A stretch of DNA of 64,000 bases, taken from Haliotis rufescens. Taxonomy: Eukaryota. The notes under the pieces were generated by a model, which saw nothing but the letters and a program-made list of their open reading frames with translations, did no database searches and was not told where the DNA came from. The stretch covers positions 36,642,001-36,706,000 of the forward strand of contig NW_025963802.1 of the NCBI RefSeq assembly GCF_023055435.1, given 5' to 3'. How positions within the stretch are numbered: the stretch's first letter is position 1; each line of letters opens with the position of its first letter. Of this stretch, positions 51,843 to 64,000 are shown one piece after another. The position numbers and the translations under genes are program-made.

Positions 51843-53203
51843 CTGCTTGTACTTGTCCGGCTGATGCCGATTTATAGTGCTAGCTCACTGAGATACCTTG
51901 CTGCAGATTAACATGAATACCCCACTCAGACACAGTGTACTGACTCCGTGCCGACCAGTCCTTGTTTTAGTCAGAGCGTTAGACAGGATAACAACAAGTA
52001 CCATCTTTTAACGTCTTTTGGTATGACGCCCGGGGATCGAACCCCTGACCTTCCGCTCTCCGGGTGGATGCTCTACCACTAGACCACAGAGGCGGTCACG
52101 AGATATTAAGAAAGATACAATCAATATGTTGTTAATATGGTATAAACATAGCCCATGAACAATATTACATGGTCATGATTGAATTGTTTTGAGGGAGTTT
52201 AAAGACAGTAGCATACCTCAATATGACCACCTTCATATTCATATGGGTAACGACAGTCGATGATCCTGAAGCTGGATATGACGTCATCGTACTGTCCTGC
52301 CAGAAGCTGACTGACTGTGTGTGGAGCCACGGACTTGAGATCCTTGTGTCTTCCTTGAATAGTTGGAAGACCATGATTCTGGAAAAGAAATAATTTCGAT
52401 ATTGATTTAAATGTGAAGTTGTTTTCCAGTTACCTCGTCATCTTCAAAATCAGCATGCATTTTTTATTCGATTGATAAATAAGAAGCCATCAGCCTCCAA
52501 CTAACCTGTGAGCCATCACCGATGAGATCAGTCCCTTGTTCCATTTTGTCAACGGCTGTCTTCACAACCTGTGAAGTGACTTCTGTTTGGGCTTTGTGGA
52601 TACCATTGGTTGTTTTAAGTTTCTTCATCTGCCGAGATAGAATATGATATTCATCGTCATCGTCATCACGTCGTCTCTTCTGTCCGAAAAGAGATTTCCT
52701 CGTTCCATGTAAACCAGTTCTCCTATGATCCAAAGGTAGTGGCGACACCTGATAAAGAAACATAGCATCAGTTGTTTTATTTTGATTAGAATAATGTTTA
52801 AGAATATACATATGTCTGTCAAATATTCATTTTGCTTGCTTCAATCATTTACAGTATAGTATTTATATACCTAGTATTTCTGCAAATAAAAACTGCCCAT
52901 AGTGTTAAATGAAATGTAACAAACCTCGATGTCACTGCCAAGAGATTCAAAGCCACTGTCTAGAGAGTTGTCATCATCGAAAACAAGGCTCTTCTTGATG
53001 AAAACTTCCGGTGAAGTCGGACACTCAAGGTTATTTGACGGGTCACTGGAAAACTGAAAAGAAATATTTTTCATATGATTGCTTTCATCCTTAATTTGTT
53101 TCTTATTATGATTAAATGAACATAAGAAGTCGGTCTTATGGTTGTGAAACACGTCAAAATGTTACAATACATAAATACTTACCGAGAGTTGCCTTCTTGA
53201 CAT
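50764..53203 (-). CDS. cdc25: Cdc25 phosphatase, copy 3, 7 exons, 321 aa (inverted near-duplicate of copy 2)
   Basis: Exons 53203-53183, 53053-52925, 52748-52506, 52378-52217, 51600-51473, 51334-51217, 50928-50764. Catalytic motifs intact. Confidence 0.95.
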
Positions 53204-53259
53204 TATGTCACAAGTATAATAATAGTAAGAAATGTAAGTTGGACAGTTGAACAGTTTGA

Positions 53260-53750
53260 AGGCGAATGACAAAATGTCTGTGCACTCTCCTGTTTAATAT
53301 ATACCTGTGCAAAAAGAACACATTAGCATAACAAAGAAAACATTTGTTAATCGGTTCATTATTCATTTAACCGTACTTTATTCATAATGGCTAATGAAAA
53401 CATAGTTAAACGCTAACACAGTAAGAAAGTGCGCTTGGTGTGAATGTACGATCGCTTGTGTCCCCCGTAGATATGGAGCCGCCCATACGAGGGTGTGAGG
53501 GGGATTATCCCGGGGTAATCACAAGGTAGGACATCAAATGTGCCGGTGGTCCATGTATTGATAACGCAGAATTCAAGTAGGTTTTGTCGTCAGTTGAATG
53601 ACAATTAGGGACAATTTGTATTTACTTTGGGAACAAGATATTTAATACGGGCAGTTTTTACGTGGATTCCCCACTGGCTGGGTTAAGGTGTAAAGTAAGC
53701 AGGTTTATCAAGAGTATGTTAGGACGATCTGGATTACCTGGATTAGAATC
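53260..53750 (-). promoter_or_regulatory. Conserved cdc25 promoter module (copy 3)
   Basis: Reverse-complement copy of the module. GGATTA at 53502, 53731 and 53740. Confidence 0.7.
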
Positions 53751-53974
53751 ATGCTTGAAACTGAAATTAAGTAGCACAGTGAAGTGTTTTGTATTTCATA
53801 TTGGTTTCATGTTCTATTTCAGCTTTAGAAGAGACAGTGTCGTTATAAACTGACATGTTTGTTGTGTTATGTCTTAATTTAGGTTTCCTACACCTGTTAT
53901 CACATTGTTTCATTTGTGTTTATCAGTGTTTACTTACAAACTTGTATGGCAACTATGTGGCTTCCTTCCGAACT

Positions 53975-54011
<37 letters not shown>

Positions 54012-54020
54012 TGAGAGAGT

Positions 54021-54062
<42 letters not shown>

Positions 54063-54864
54063 AGGGAGAAAGACAGATACAATTACAATCATTTTAATGT
54101 GATTTTATTGAGAAGTTCAGGCATCGTTCAACTGCAGTGCTTGCAGATACCTGTTTTATTTGTATCTCAACTCTTGTGTTACATTTAGAAACACAACATA
54201 CATCGCATTCACATCAGAAGAACAGGAACCATACAAAGGAAAACGTTCATAAATATACAATATTAATTATGATAGGAGTGTGTTGCATAGAGAAATTTCC
54301 AATATACATGTAGTTGAATATAAAAGTGTTGATGATATATAATAGTTTATAAGCATCATGCACGTGGGTCCTATTGAGATGGTTGAACGTGCGTCCTTGA
54401 AATAGTATTTAAAAGCTGTTTTGAAAGACGGTAATTGTATATTCTTGCGTCTGTGGCATGTTTCACGCCATGTCTATGTCTATTTCGGAAACAAAAATAC
54501 ATGAAGAATATGTTCGTAAGAAAAATGATGTTACAACATGTCCTAAAGGGTCAGGGAGTATAGTTCTAATACTACTGTTATCCTATTGCAGCCATATCAA
54601 AATCGTCCTAAACATTCACAAAGGTCCTCACAATTCTAGTATTACATTTAGATACAAAGCATACATCGCATTCACATTTGAAGAACTGGAGTTACTCAAA
54701 GGAACACAGGCTTAAACCTAATACTTCATACACTATATAACTTTAAGCAGATATTGTTTACGCTTATGGAAATGGTTTTGACACTTTTTTATTTATTAAA
54801 CTGTGTATGGATATTGACAATCTATTCTGGTGCATCTTCTTTATTCTAATATTTAGAACCTTCT

Positions 54865-55190
54865 ACTTCGCACCTTAACCCCTCCCTTGGGCTTCATGCA
54901 GAAAGTGTATATGTATACAGTAAAATATCTTTCTTAAGTGACATTAAGCTAACGATCTAAACCCTGCATTATCCTATATTATATCGGTACATTTGATGGC
55001 TAACTTGGATGATTACCAGACCTTAATCCCTCACACCTTGTTATATGTAGCTAATATCCACTGGACGCACAAGCGATAGTACTTTCACACAAAGCCCACA
55101 TTGTTGTCGGGTCGCTTAATGTGTTAATGTTTATCTTCGTTTTCATTTGACAGTAGAAAACAATGTACGCTCAATTGGGCAATGAGCTTA
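54865..55190 (+). promoter_or_regulatory. Second orphan copy of the cdc25 promoter module
   Basis: CACCTTAACCC, CGGTACATTTGATG, TTAATCCCTCACACC and ATATCCACTGGACGCACAAGCGATAGTACTTTCACAC (the last identical to copy 1). No exon downstream. Confidence 0.65.
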
Positions 55191-55540
55191 TACAACAAAA
55201 ATGACATCATTCACCTACTATCTATTTGGTCCATTACAAAACCTATTTGAAGAATCTATTCAATAACGTGAAGAAGTCAGCTTTCCCTTTACGGACATCA
55301 TATCTAAAGTATAGGTTTGTTTATCAGTTGTTATCAATAATATATGTCTTTGTCTGATCAAGAATAATGTTCACAGTATTACCGAAAAGCATAAACATAA
55401 ATCTTATAATATGAAAAAATACTTACATTTTTCAATTCAGTTTTCCATGGGGGAAAAGTCGGGGAAACTGTCTTTGAGACTTTTTGCAGTGATAGCGAGA
55501 ATTGAAAAGTTTCATATTATAACAAATGAATGAATGTGTG

Positions 55541-55587
<47 letters not shown>

Positions 55588-55866
55588 CTGCGTGCCTGCG
55601 TGCGTGCGTGCGTGCGTGCGTGCCAGCGTTGCTGCTAGTACTAGTCCGGACTGATGCCGATTTATAGCACTAGCACACTGAGGTACCATGCCGCATGAAT
55701 ACCCAAGTCAGACACAGTATACCGACCAGTCCTTGATTTAGTCCCTCAATGCCGAGCGCCAGACAGGGTAACACCAGGTACCATCTTTTAACGTCTTTTG
55801 GTATGACGTGGCCGGGGATCGAACCACTGACCTTCCTTCCGCTATCCGGGCGGACCCTCTACCCCT

Positions 55867-56029
55867 NNNNNNNNNNNNNNNNNNNNNNNNNNNNNNNNNN
55901 NNNNNNNNNNNNNNNNNNNNNNNNNNNNNNNNNNNNNNNNNNNNNNNNNNNNNNNNNNNNNNNNNNNNNNNNNNNNNNNNNNNNNNNNNNNNNNNNNNNN
56001 NNNNNNNNNNNNNNNNNNNNNNNNNNNNN
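55867..56029. other. Assembly gap (N run)
   Basis: N bases. Confidence 1.
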
Positions 56030-57299
56030 GTGTTGAGGTATGAGTTATGACAATTTACAGGCTGTTTGTTGCTTTGTTACCATGTTGTGATGCATAAGTG
56101 TTATATATGATGATTCCATGTGAATGTTCTCATGTCTAATAATAGAAACAATTTCTGAAACAAATTATATTTGTAACTTCTTCTAAAACAGTGCCATCGA
56201 TGATCACAACCTAAGAGCCTAAGTAATGAGGATCGGTAGTGACAGCGTGTGACCTGACCAAGTAGGAGTCGTAGAACCCCGACGTGCCCCTGACACTGCC
56301 GTATTCTAGCTACCTGACTGTGTGATGAAACACCATTCCCTCACTCACTCATTGATACTGTGAAAAATGACTGACTGACAACTTCCTTGTATTACAGATA
56401 CAAGAGTGAAAAATACATTGATGATATTACAGTGATATTTACGGGTTCCGGGTATCTTAGATATCTTTTATTTCTAAATAAATAAATTTGCTTTTTTCGG
56501 AAAATAATTACAACATTTCAAACAATGTAGGGGTCACGTGGTTGCAAATTCATTTCTTACCCAAGTCTCCATTGAACCAATTTATGTTCACTCACAATTA
56601 TCAAGCTACAGATTAATTTTACATACAGTTGCAGGATACGGAATGAGCGATGCTTAAAAAAGACATAATTAAATATAACTAATTCTTTCAATTTTCAGTG
56701 ACAAATCAGTTTTATCAATATGCTCAACGGTTAATGTGAAAGCTTGGATATTTACATATAAAGTAAAGGTATGATAGTAGAATGTATGTGATACGATTTC
56801 GGTATCCAGTTTGTGTATCTTACTAAATATTTGACATTTCGATTATTATTTATACAAATCTGGTCATCACGCACTCATATATTATGACAGTCATCAAACG
56901 GTAAAGTGTTTCAGTGCCATTGACAAAATGTAAGAACATCATTTTGAGAAGTTTACCTCGCATAATTATTATAACAACAAACGCTTCTCATTTTCGACCA
57001 CATCCCTCCAAACTTAAAACTTGCAAGATCGTGCAGGGTTTGGAACGGTGACAAACCATGAATACAAAAACGTATTTATTAAGAGCATGTCTTTAAGACG
57101 TTCCTCAACAAACCATCTCGTATGTCACTTCACAGACAATAATGTAAAGATTGTTGTTGTTGCTGCTGTTGTTGTTGTTGTGCACCTGATTATTACTTTA
57201 CATAGAATTTCTCATAATAGAATGTTTAATTTTCTTTTTATGAATAATTTAAAGGGTCAGATTGTGCTGGGTTTGGAACTGTGACAAACCATGAATACA

Positions 57300-57920
57300 A
57301 AAACGTATTGATTAAAAGCAGGTCTTTAAGACGTTCCTCAACAAACCATCAAACCATATTTGGAAATGTCCTCCACATATCTTCCATAATACTGTTTGAA
57401 AGCTTTTCTAAGGCTTTGAATGTTGAATATCAGATCATGGACATACTTGAAGCCTATGTTAAACTACTTGGCCAGATTCCCTTGTTTTGACTTTACCAAT
57501 CCGAGCTGATAATTTCTTATTCATATGCATAAAAAAACATAATAACAAGAAGGGGATGACAGTTGGTGCCCATTGAGATGCCTTCTTCTTGCCTTAATGT
57601 TGTATCTCCAATTTTTACATAGATATTATCAATGTAGAAGTCAAGCATTTCACGAATTGTCTTCTCAGTAAACTTCGGACGGCATTTGCTTTCATTTTTG
57701 ACAAACTACCCCGAACCTTAAGAAATAGAGATACAACTGTAAACATGGAAAAAGATTCAAGGAATGAATTTTTCGTTAAGTTTGTGATGTGGGATAGTTG
57801 TGTTGTTGAAAACTCAATTGTTTTGACAGAATTGAACTTTGTTTTTTTCTGAGATTAGAAACATTCAAGTAAATACGTCGAGTATTTGTTAATCCACATG
57901 GTATTAATTCCTAAAATACT
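57300..57920 (-). mobile_element. Decayed Penelope-like reverse transcriptase fragment
   Basis: Minus strand encodes GISMGTNCHPL (RT motif B) and an upstream WI.K.S..LL / VKTIEFST-like segment, with frameshifts. Confidence 0.55.
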
Positions 57921-58280
57921 TTCTGCACAAATAAAGAAAGCCCTTCCTTGATTATATTAAGGATTCCGGTTAAACTTCGAGAGATATATTCGGTGGTAGA
58001 GTTTCTGGATCCAATCATGTATTTCGCTCCGTACAGGTATGTATGGAACATTTATAAAGAAATAAAGGAGAATGAACAAATTGTAAGTCAGTATTTATTT
58101 TTATTGTACGAATGTTGTATCACAGAGTGGGTGGTAAAACAGATCAACATATGTGTAAAGTATTCAGTTATTGCCTCAACATTCAGGCACCAAAACAACA
58201 ATAACAATAGCCTTAAATAAGTCCCTCAAAACCGATGGTCCGGTAGTATCTGAAATCTGATTCATCATTTCATCTTCAGA

Positions 58281-59987
58281 TTACCAAAGAGGCATCTTGA
58301 GCGGAGACGTGTCTATTATGAGACTTCGACTGCGCATGTTCTGTTTCTCTCCTGCTGTCCACGACTTGGACTTCACCCGGAAGTGACGTAGTTGTTTGGA
58401 GTAATCCTGGTGTAGCATGGGAACATAGCTTCTTGGTTGACACTGAGTCTGAAATAGAGTTGTAAAGACACATTATTACATAACATTTTACAAAAAAGTA
58501 GTACAGTACAAATAACTCTGCTTTATTAAAATATATACGAAAAACGTTTACATGTACACTAAATATAGACATATTTATCTTTCCCGAAAAGGGACTCCCG
58601 TCAGTTTCAAACGTTTCTCAGCCTACCTGATGTTGTTCATAGAAGGCCTTGTATCCGCCATCTAACAGGTATACTTCCGGGTAGAAGAGGAAAGGGTAAC
58701 GGTCACTGTTCATCTTCCGGTCAAGGTTTCTAAGATGGCGCAATCTGTATCAGAAGATACATCACTGAATGAAACGTTGCATAAGAAAATGATAATTACT
58801 TTCGATGTCATTAGTATTTTACATCGTGCAATAAACGTATAAACCGGTTCACATATATTTGAAGTTGTTTATATCAACCACTTTTATGAAATACTTACAG
58901 TTTCGGGCCTCTCTCTGATGAAAATTCACAGTGGAAGACCAGGATGTTCCGTTGAATGGAGTCCCTCGCCCGTAGATTGGTCACTAAATCTGTGATCAGA
59001 GCCTCGTTGTGAAGGTTCTGGGCACCCTGAAGTTGAAAAATAGCAGTATTTAGATTACAGACCTTAAGAATGTTGGTCTCTGCCATTGTAGATTTGTTTA
59101 TAATGTGTAAGATCGCCACACCAATATTAAAAAAGGAGTTGAATATATTTGTGATATTTGGGACATTTTACCTCAATATGTCCGCCTTCATATTCATAGG
59201 GGTAACGACAGTCGATGATTTGGTAACCGGAAATGACGTCATCATATTTTCCAGCAAGAAGTTGACTGACTGTGTGTGGAGACACAGATTTGAGATCCTT
59301 GTGTCTGCCTCGTATGGTTGGGAGACTATGAATCTAAAACATAAGGAAAACTTCATAATAACTTGAATAATAAATTAATGCTATTTATATGTCTATGTGA
59401 TAGAAATGTTAACAAAATGATGAATGTCCTTATTATTGCAATTAATTAGGCAATTCAGAACCGCTTAATAATCGACATGAGAATGGAATAATAAACCTTC
59501 TACAAACCTGTGAACCATCACCGATCAGGTCAACCTCATTTTGCATTTTGTCCACAGCTGTTTTCATAACTTCTGACGTTAATTCTACTTGGGTTTCATG
59601 GACAACGTAGGCGGATTTGTGTTTCTTCATCTGCTGAGCTTGAACGTGTTCGTCATTTTCATCATCATAATCACGTGGTCTCTTTCCCGTGAAAAGCGAC
59701 TTCCTTGTGCCATGAAAACTAGTTTTCATGTGAGCCAAAGATTGGGGAGACACCTGAAGAAAAAAACATATATTGCCTTTAATTTTCTAAATAACTGTCT
59801 TTCCTTTCTTTGTTTATATCTTTCTATCTGTCGTATAGATTTTAAAAAAAGCGCGATATATTATTCAACACACCTCGTCGTCACTGCAGAGAGAGTCAAA
59901 GCCGCTATCTCGTGAGTCTTCATCATCGAAAACTAGGCTTTGGGGTTTGAAAACCTCCAGTAAACTCTGACGTTGCTTTCTAGACAT
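58281..59987 (-). CDS. cdc25: Cdc25 phosphatase, copy 4, 6 exons, 311 aa (no intron 1)
   Basis: Exons 59987-59874 (MSRKQRQ...DSGFDS..), 59753-59508, 59333-59172, 59026-58899, 58744-58627, 58448-58281. Intact HCEFSSER. Confidence 0.93.
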
Positions 59988-60059
59988 TGTCGTGAACAAA
60001 TAATTTCAACAGGGATAGGAAAATGTATCTAGTATCTTGTGTTTGCTATTTAGACAGCT

Positions 60060-60570
60060 GTCAAGCGAATGGTGCTATGTCTGTCCTCTCTCATATCTAT
60101 ATACCTTTACTAAAACAACATATTTACATAACAAAGACAACACTCGTTGATCGATTCTTTACCCAATTGATCGTACATTGTTTATATTGGTTAATGGAAG
60201 CAGTATAAACATTCACACATTAAAGGAGATCGGTTAAGTATTGTAGGCTTGGTGTGAATGTGCGTTCGCTTGTGTCCACCGCAGATACGTAGATACCTGT
60301 ACGGTGAGAAGGGATTATCCTGGGACAATTATAATCATCCAGGAAGAACTTCAAATTAGCGGTAGACAATGTTTGGATAACGTCGGACGCAGGTCGTGCT
60401 GGTCGTCAGTTGAATGACAATTAAGGCCAGTTTAATTTGTTGTAACTTCGCGAACGCGATATTAATGCCGGAGCACTTTCTATGTGGATTCCCATCTAGC
60501 TAGGTTAATGTGTTAAATAAGAAAGCTTTGTCAGAGGACAGTTAGGATGATCTGGATTAGATGGATTATG
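60060..60570 (-). promoter_or_regulatory. Conserved cdc25 promoter module (copy 4)
   Basis: Reverse-complement copy. GGATTA at 60312, 60554 and 60563; ATGACAATTAA; CATAACAAAG. Confidence 0.65.
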
Positions 60571-61303
60571 TGCTTGTTGAAAGCGCATTAATCGTTATAT
60601 GGTCATTAACATAAACAAGGTAATTCTAGTTATTTACTGGATTGTAAAATATTGTGTGTAACCAGATACTCCGAAAGAGGTAGTCATGCCCTGCTCTACC
60701 GGTTTCACCAGTAATAGGAGATGGAGATATTGTCTTTGTTTTAGTGTAGAGTTATGTTGACGGTATACGTACTAAGATGATTATCAATCGAACACGCATT
60801 GTGATGTTTCAAATGTCTGTTTTAGAGGTGCATTCGGTTGAAAAAATGCTGTCACAACGTAAAGGTGAGCGATCTCCATCGAAAACGCAGAATCATGATA
60901 ACTATTCTACTTTTAAAAACTTAAATGTTAAGTCTAATGTTACCAGGGTTCTGATCTAATTTAAGGAATCGTCGATCACATTCTATTTATAGTGGAATTT
61001 GTACCCAAACAACGTTGTCGTCATGCAAGTGGCTAATGGATACTTCTTGAGAAATAACGTCAAGGGAGGTTTAGGTCTCAAGCACATCACTATAATCACG
61101 TGACAATATTCTACTTTTGCAATGGGCTGCAAAGGAAAAGGCCAAATTTAAAACTAAATAATCTCTCAATGTCGGTTGTCATGGTATTTTGTGTCCAGAT
61201 TATACTGCCATCTATAGTTTAGTTTTCATTTAAACTGAGCATCGTTATCGTAATGTAAGAATTGTTAAGTGCTTCAAGTAAGTGATGTGACAAATACACT
61301 TAC

Positions 61304-62579
61304 AGTTTCGGGCCTCTCTCTGATGAAAATTCACAGTGGAAGACCATGATGTTCCGTTGAGTGGAGTCCCTCCTCTGTAGACTGGTCGCTAAGTCTGTGA
61401 TCAGAGTCTCGTTGTGAAGGTTCTCGGCACCCTGAAGTAAATAATAAGTAAAATGTAGACTTAGACTGTTACTGTATCTTAGGCAACCTGAAGTAAAATG
61501 TAAACTTAGATTTTAAGAGATATTAAGAAAGATACAATCAATATGTTGTTAATATGGTATAAACATAGCCTATGAACAATATTACATGGCCATGATTGAA
61601 TTGTTTTGAAGGAGTTTAAAGACAGTAGCATACCTCAATATGACCACCTTCATATGCATATGGGTAACGACAGTCGATGATCCTGAAGCTGGAAATGACG
61701 TCATCGTACTGTCTTGCCAGAAGCTGACTAACTGTGTGTGGAGCCACGGTTTCTGGAAAAGAAATAATTTCGATATTGATTTAAATGTATAGTTGTTTTC
61801 CAGTTACCTCGTCATCTTCAAAATCAGCGTGCAATTTACTTATTTGATTGATGATAAGAAGCCATCAGCCTCCAACAAACCTTGGAGCCATCACCGATGA
61901 CATCAGTCCCTTGTTCCATTTTGTCGACGGCTGTCTTCATAACCTCTGACGTGACTTCTGTTTGGGCTTTGTGGACACCATTGGTTGTTTTAAATTTCTT
62001 CACCTACCGAGCTAGAATATGATCTTCAGCACCATCGTCATCACGTCGTCTCTTTTCTCCGAAAAGGGATTTCCTTGTTCCATGGAAACCAGTCCTCCTG
62101 TGATCCAAAGGTAGTGGCGACACCTGATAAAGAAACATATCCCACCAAATGTTTTATTTGGATTAGACTTTTTTTATGAATATAGATATTTCTGGCAAAT
62201 ATTATATTTTGTTTCAAGCATTTACAGGATAGTATATTGATATACCTAAGTATTTCTGCAAATAAAAACTGCCCATAGTGTTAAATGAAATGTAACAAAC
62301 CTCGCTATCACTGCCAAGAGATTCAAAGCCACTATCTCGAGAGTTGTCTTCATCGAAAACTAGGCTCTGCTTGATAAAGATTTCGGGTGAAGTCGGACAC
62401 TCAAGGTTATTTGACAGGTCACTGGAAAACTGAAAAGAACTATTTTTCATATGATTGTTTTCATCCTTTAATTGTTTCTTATTATGATTAAATGAACATA
62501 AGAAGTCGGTCTTTTGGTTGTGAAACAAGTCAAAATGTTATTATAAATTAATACTTACCGAGAGCTGCCTTCTTGACAT
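61304..62579 (-). pseudogene. cdc25: Cdc25 pseudogene, copy 5
   Basis: Exons 62579-62559, 62429-62301, 62123-61881 (CAG>TAG nonsense at 62006-62004), 61752-61634 (119 nt vs 162 nt, frameshifting deletion), 61431-61304. Exons 6-7 are absent; homology stops at ~61215. Confidence 0.9.
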
Positions 62580-62656
62580 TATGACACAAGTATAATATTG
62601 GTAAGAAATGTAAGTTGGACAATTGAACAGTTTTAAGGCGAATGACACAATGTCTG

Positions 62657-62658
<2 letters not shown>

Positions 62659-62696
<38 letters not shown>

Positions 62697-62864
62697 GCAT
62701 TAAGTGTTTAAGAGGTCGCCTTCTGCTTAAGCAATTTCGGCTGACCTGTCCCTCTGTGTGTGAGTAGGGTACACATGTCTATTGTGAGTTTGGTATTCAC
62801 CGCTAAAGCATCTCTTGGCTTTAGGAGATCTATGACAGATAGTGGATCTAACTGCAATTTTTGT
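62659..62864 (-). mobile_element. 5'-truncated retroposon insertion with (CAA)n tail in the copy-5 core promoter
   Basis: TSD CAATGTCTGTG at 62648-62658 and 62865-62875. Absent at the homologous site of copy 3. Confidence 0.75.
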
Positions 62865-62874
62865 CAATGTCTGT

Positions 62875-63260
62875 GCATTCTCCTGTCTATATATATACCT
62901 ATACAAAAACAACACATTAACATAACAAAGAAAGCACTCGTTAATCGGTTCATTATTCATTTAACCGTACTTTATTCATAACGAATAATGAAAACATAGT
63001 TAAACCCTAACGAGGGTGTGCGGGGGATTGTCCCGGGGTAATCCAATGTGCCGATGGTCCATGTATTGATAACACAGAATTCAAACAGGTTTGGTCGTCA
63101 GTTGAATGACAATTGAGGACAATTTGTATTTACTTTGGGAACAAGATATTTAATACGGGCACACTTTTTACGTGAATTCCCCACTGGTTTGGTTAAGGTG
63201 TAAAGTAAGCAGATTTATCAAGGGACTGTCAGGATGATCTGGATTAGCTTGATTAGGATC
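62875..63260 (-). promoter_or_regulatory. cdc25 promoter module of pseudogene copy 5, internally deleted
   Basis: Homologous to 53280-53750, lacks the CAAGCG/CACACCAAGC block, and the proximal GGATTA is mutated to GGATTG. Confidence 0.6.
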
Positions 63261-64000
63261 ATCCTTGTAGAAAACGTCTGAATGGTTGGACGGTTGTTAA
63301 CTGAAATTAAGTAACAGTGAAATGTTCAGCTAGCTTTAGAAGAGACATAAATTTCTGTTCATATATACAGACATGTTTTGTGTACAATTTCTAGGCTTCC
63401 TACACCTGTTATCGCGTTGTTACAGACATTTGTGTTTATCTTTGTTTACTTACAAGCTTGTATGGCTATGGCGTGGCTTCCTTCCAAAATGCATGTTAAG
63501 GCTAAATATATGGGTGAGTGAGTTGGGGTTTTTTTTGCCGCTTTAGGCAAATCACGAAGGAGAAAGAAATGGGCTGAGAGAGAGAGAGAGAGAGAGATTA
63601 CAATATTTTCAATTGCAATGCTTACAGATTCCTGTTTTATTTGTATCTCAACTCTAGTGTTACATTTAGATACAAAGCATACATCGCATTCACATCAGAA
63701 GAACAGGAGCCATAAAAAGGAAAAAGTTCATAAATAGACAATATTAATAATGATAGAAGGAGTGTGTTGCATAGAGAAATTTCCAATATAGTTGGAGGAT
63801 ATATAATAGTTAATTAGCATCATGCATGTGGATCCTATTTAGGTGGTTAAACGTGCGTCCTTGAAATACTATTTAAAAGCTATTTTGAAAGACGATAATT
63901 GTACATGCTCGCGTCTGTTGCATGTTTCACGTCATGACTATTTCTGAACCAAAAATACATGAAGAATATGTTCGTAAGAAAAATGATGTTATAACATGTC

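Overview
This is AT-rich, intron-rich animal genomic DNA. The SINE/LINE repertoire suggests a mollusc, possibly an abalone-like gastropod (inference only). Left to right it contains: (1) the 5' part of a secreted animal heme peroxidase gene on the minus strand (8 coding exons, 9503 to 584, running off the left edge), plus an inverted copy of part of its third exon at 1-39; (2) two apparently orphan ZNF511-like exons, one filled by a 36-bp minisatellite; (3) a 6-exon cytosolic sulfotransferase (minus) with atypical PAPS-binding motifs and a GC donor; (4) a transposon-rich spacer with Tc1/mariner, R4/Dong-like, CR1-group and Penelope-like relics and MITEs. The most notable element is (5), a cluster of five compact Cdc25 phosphatase paralogues at 37.7-62.6 kb: four have intact ORFs of about 311-328 aa and one is a pseudogene. 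They share a conserved promoter module rich in TAATCC sites and show signs of gene conversion and intron loss, and two gene-less copies of the promoter remain in the cluster. Most entries in the six-frame ORF track are repeat-derived. All gene models were spliced by hand from splice boundaries and reading-frame phase; no searches were run.
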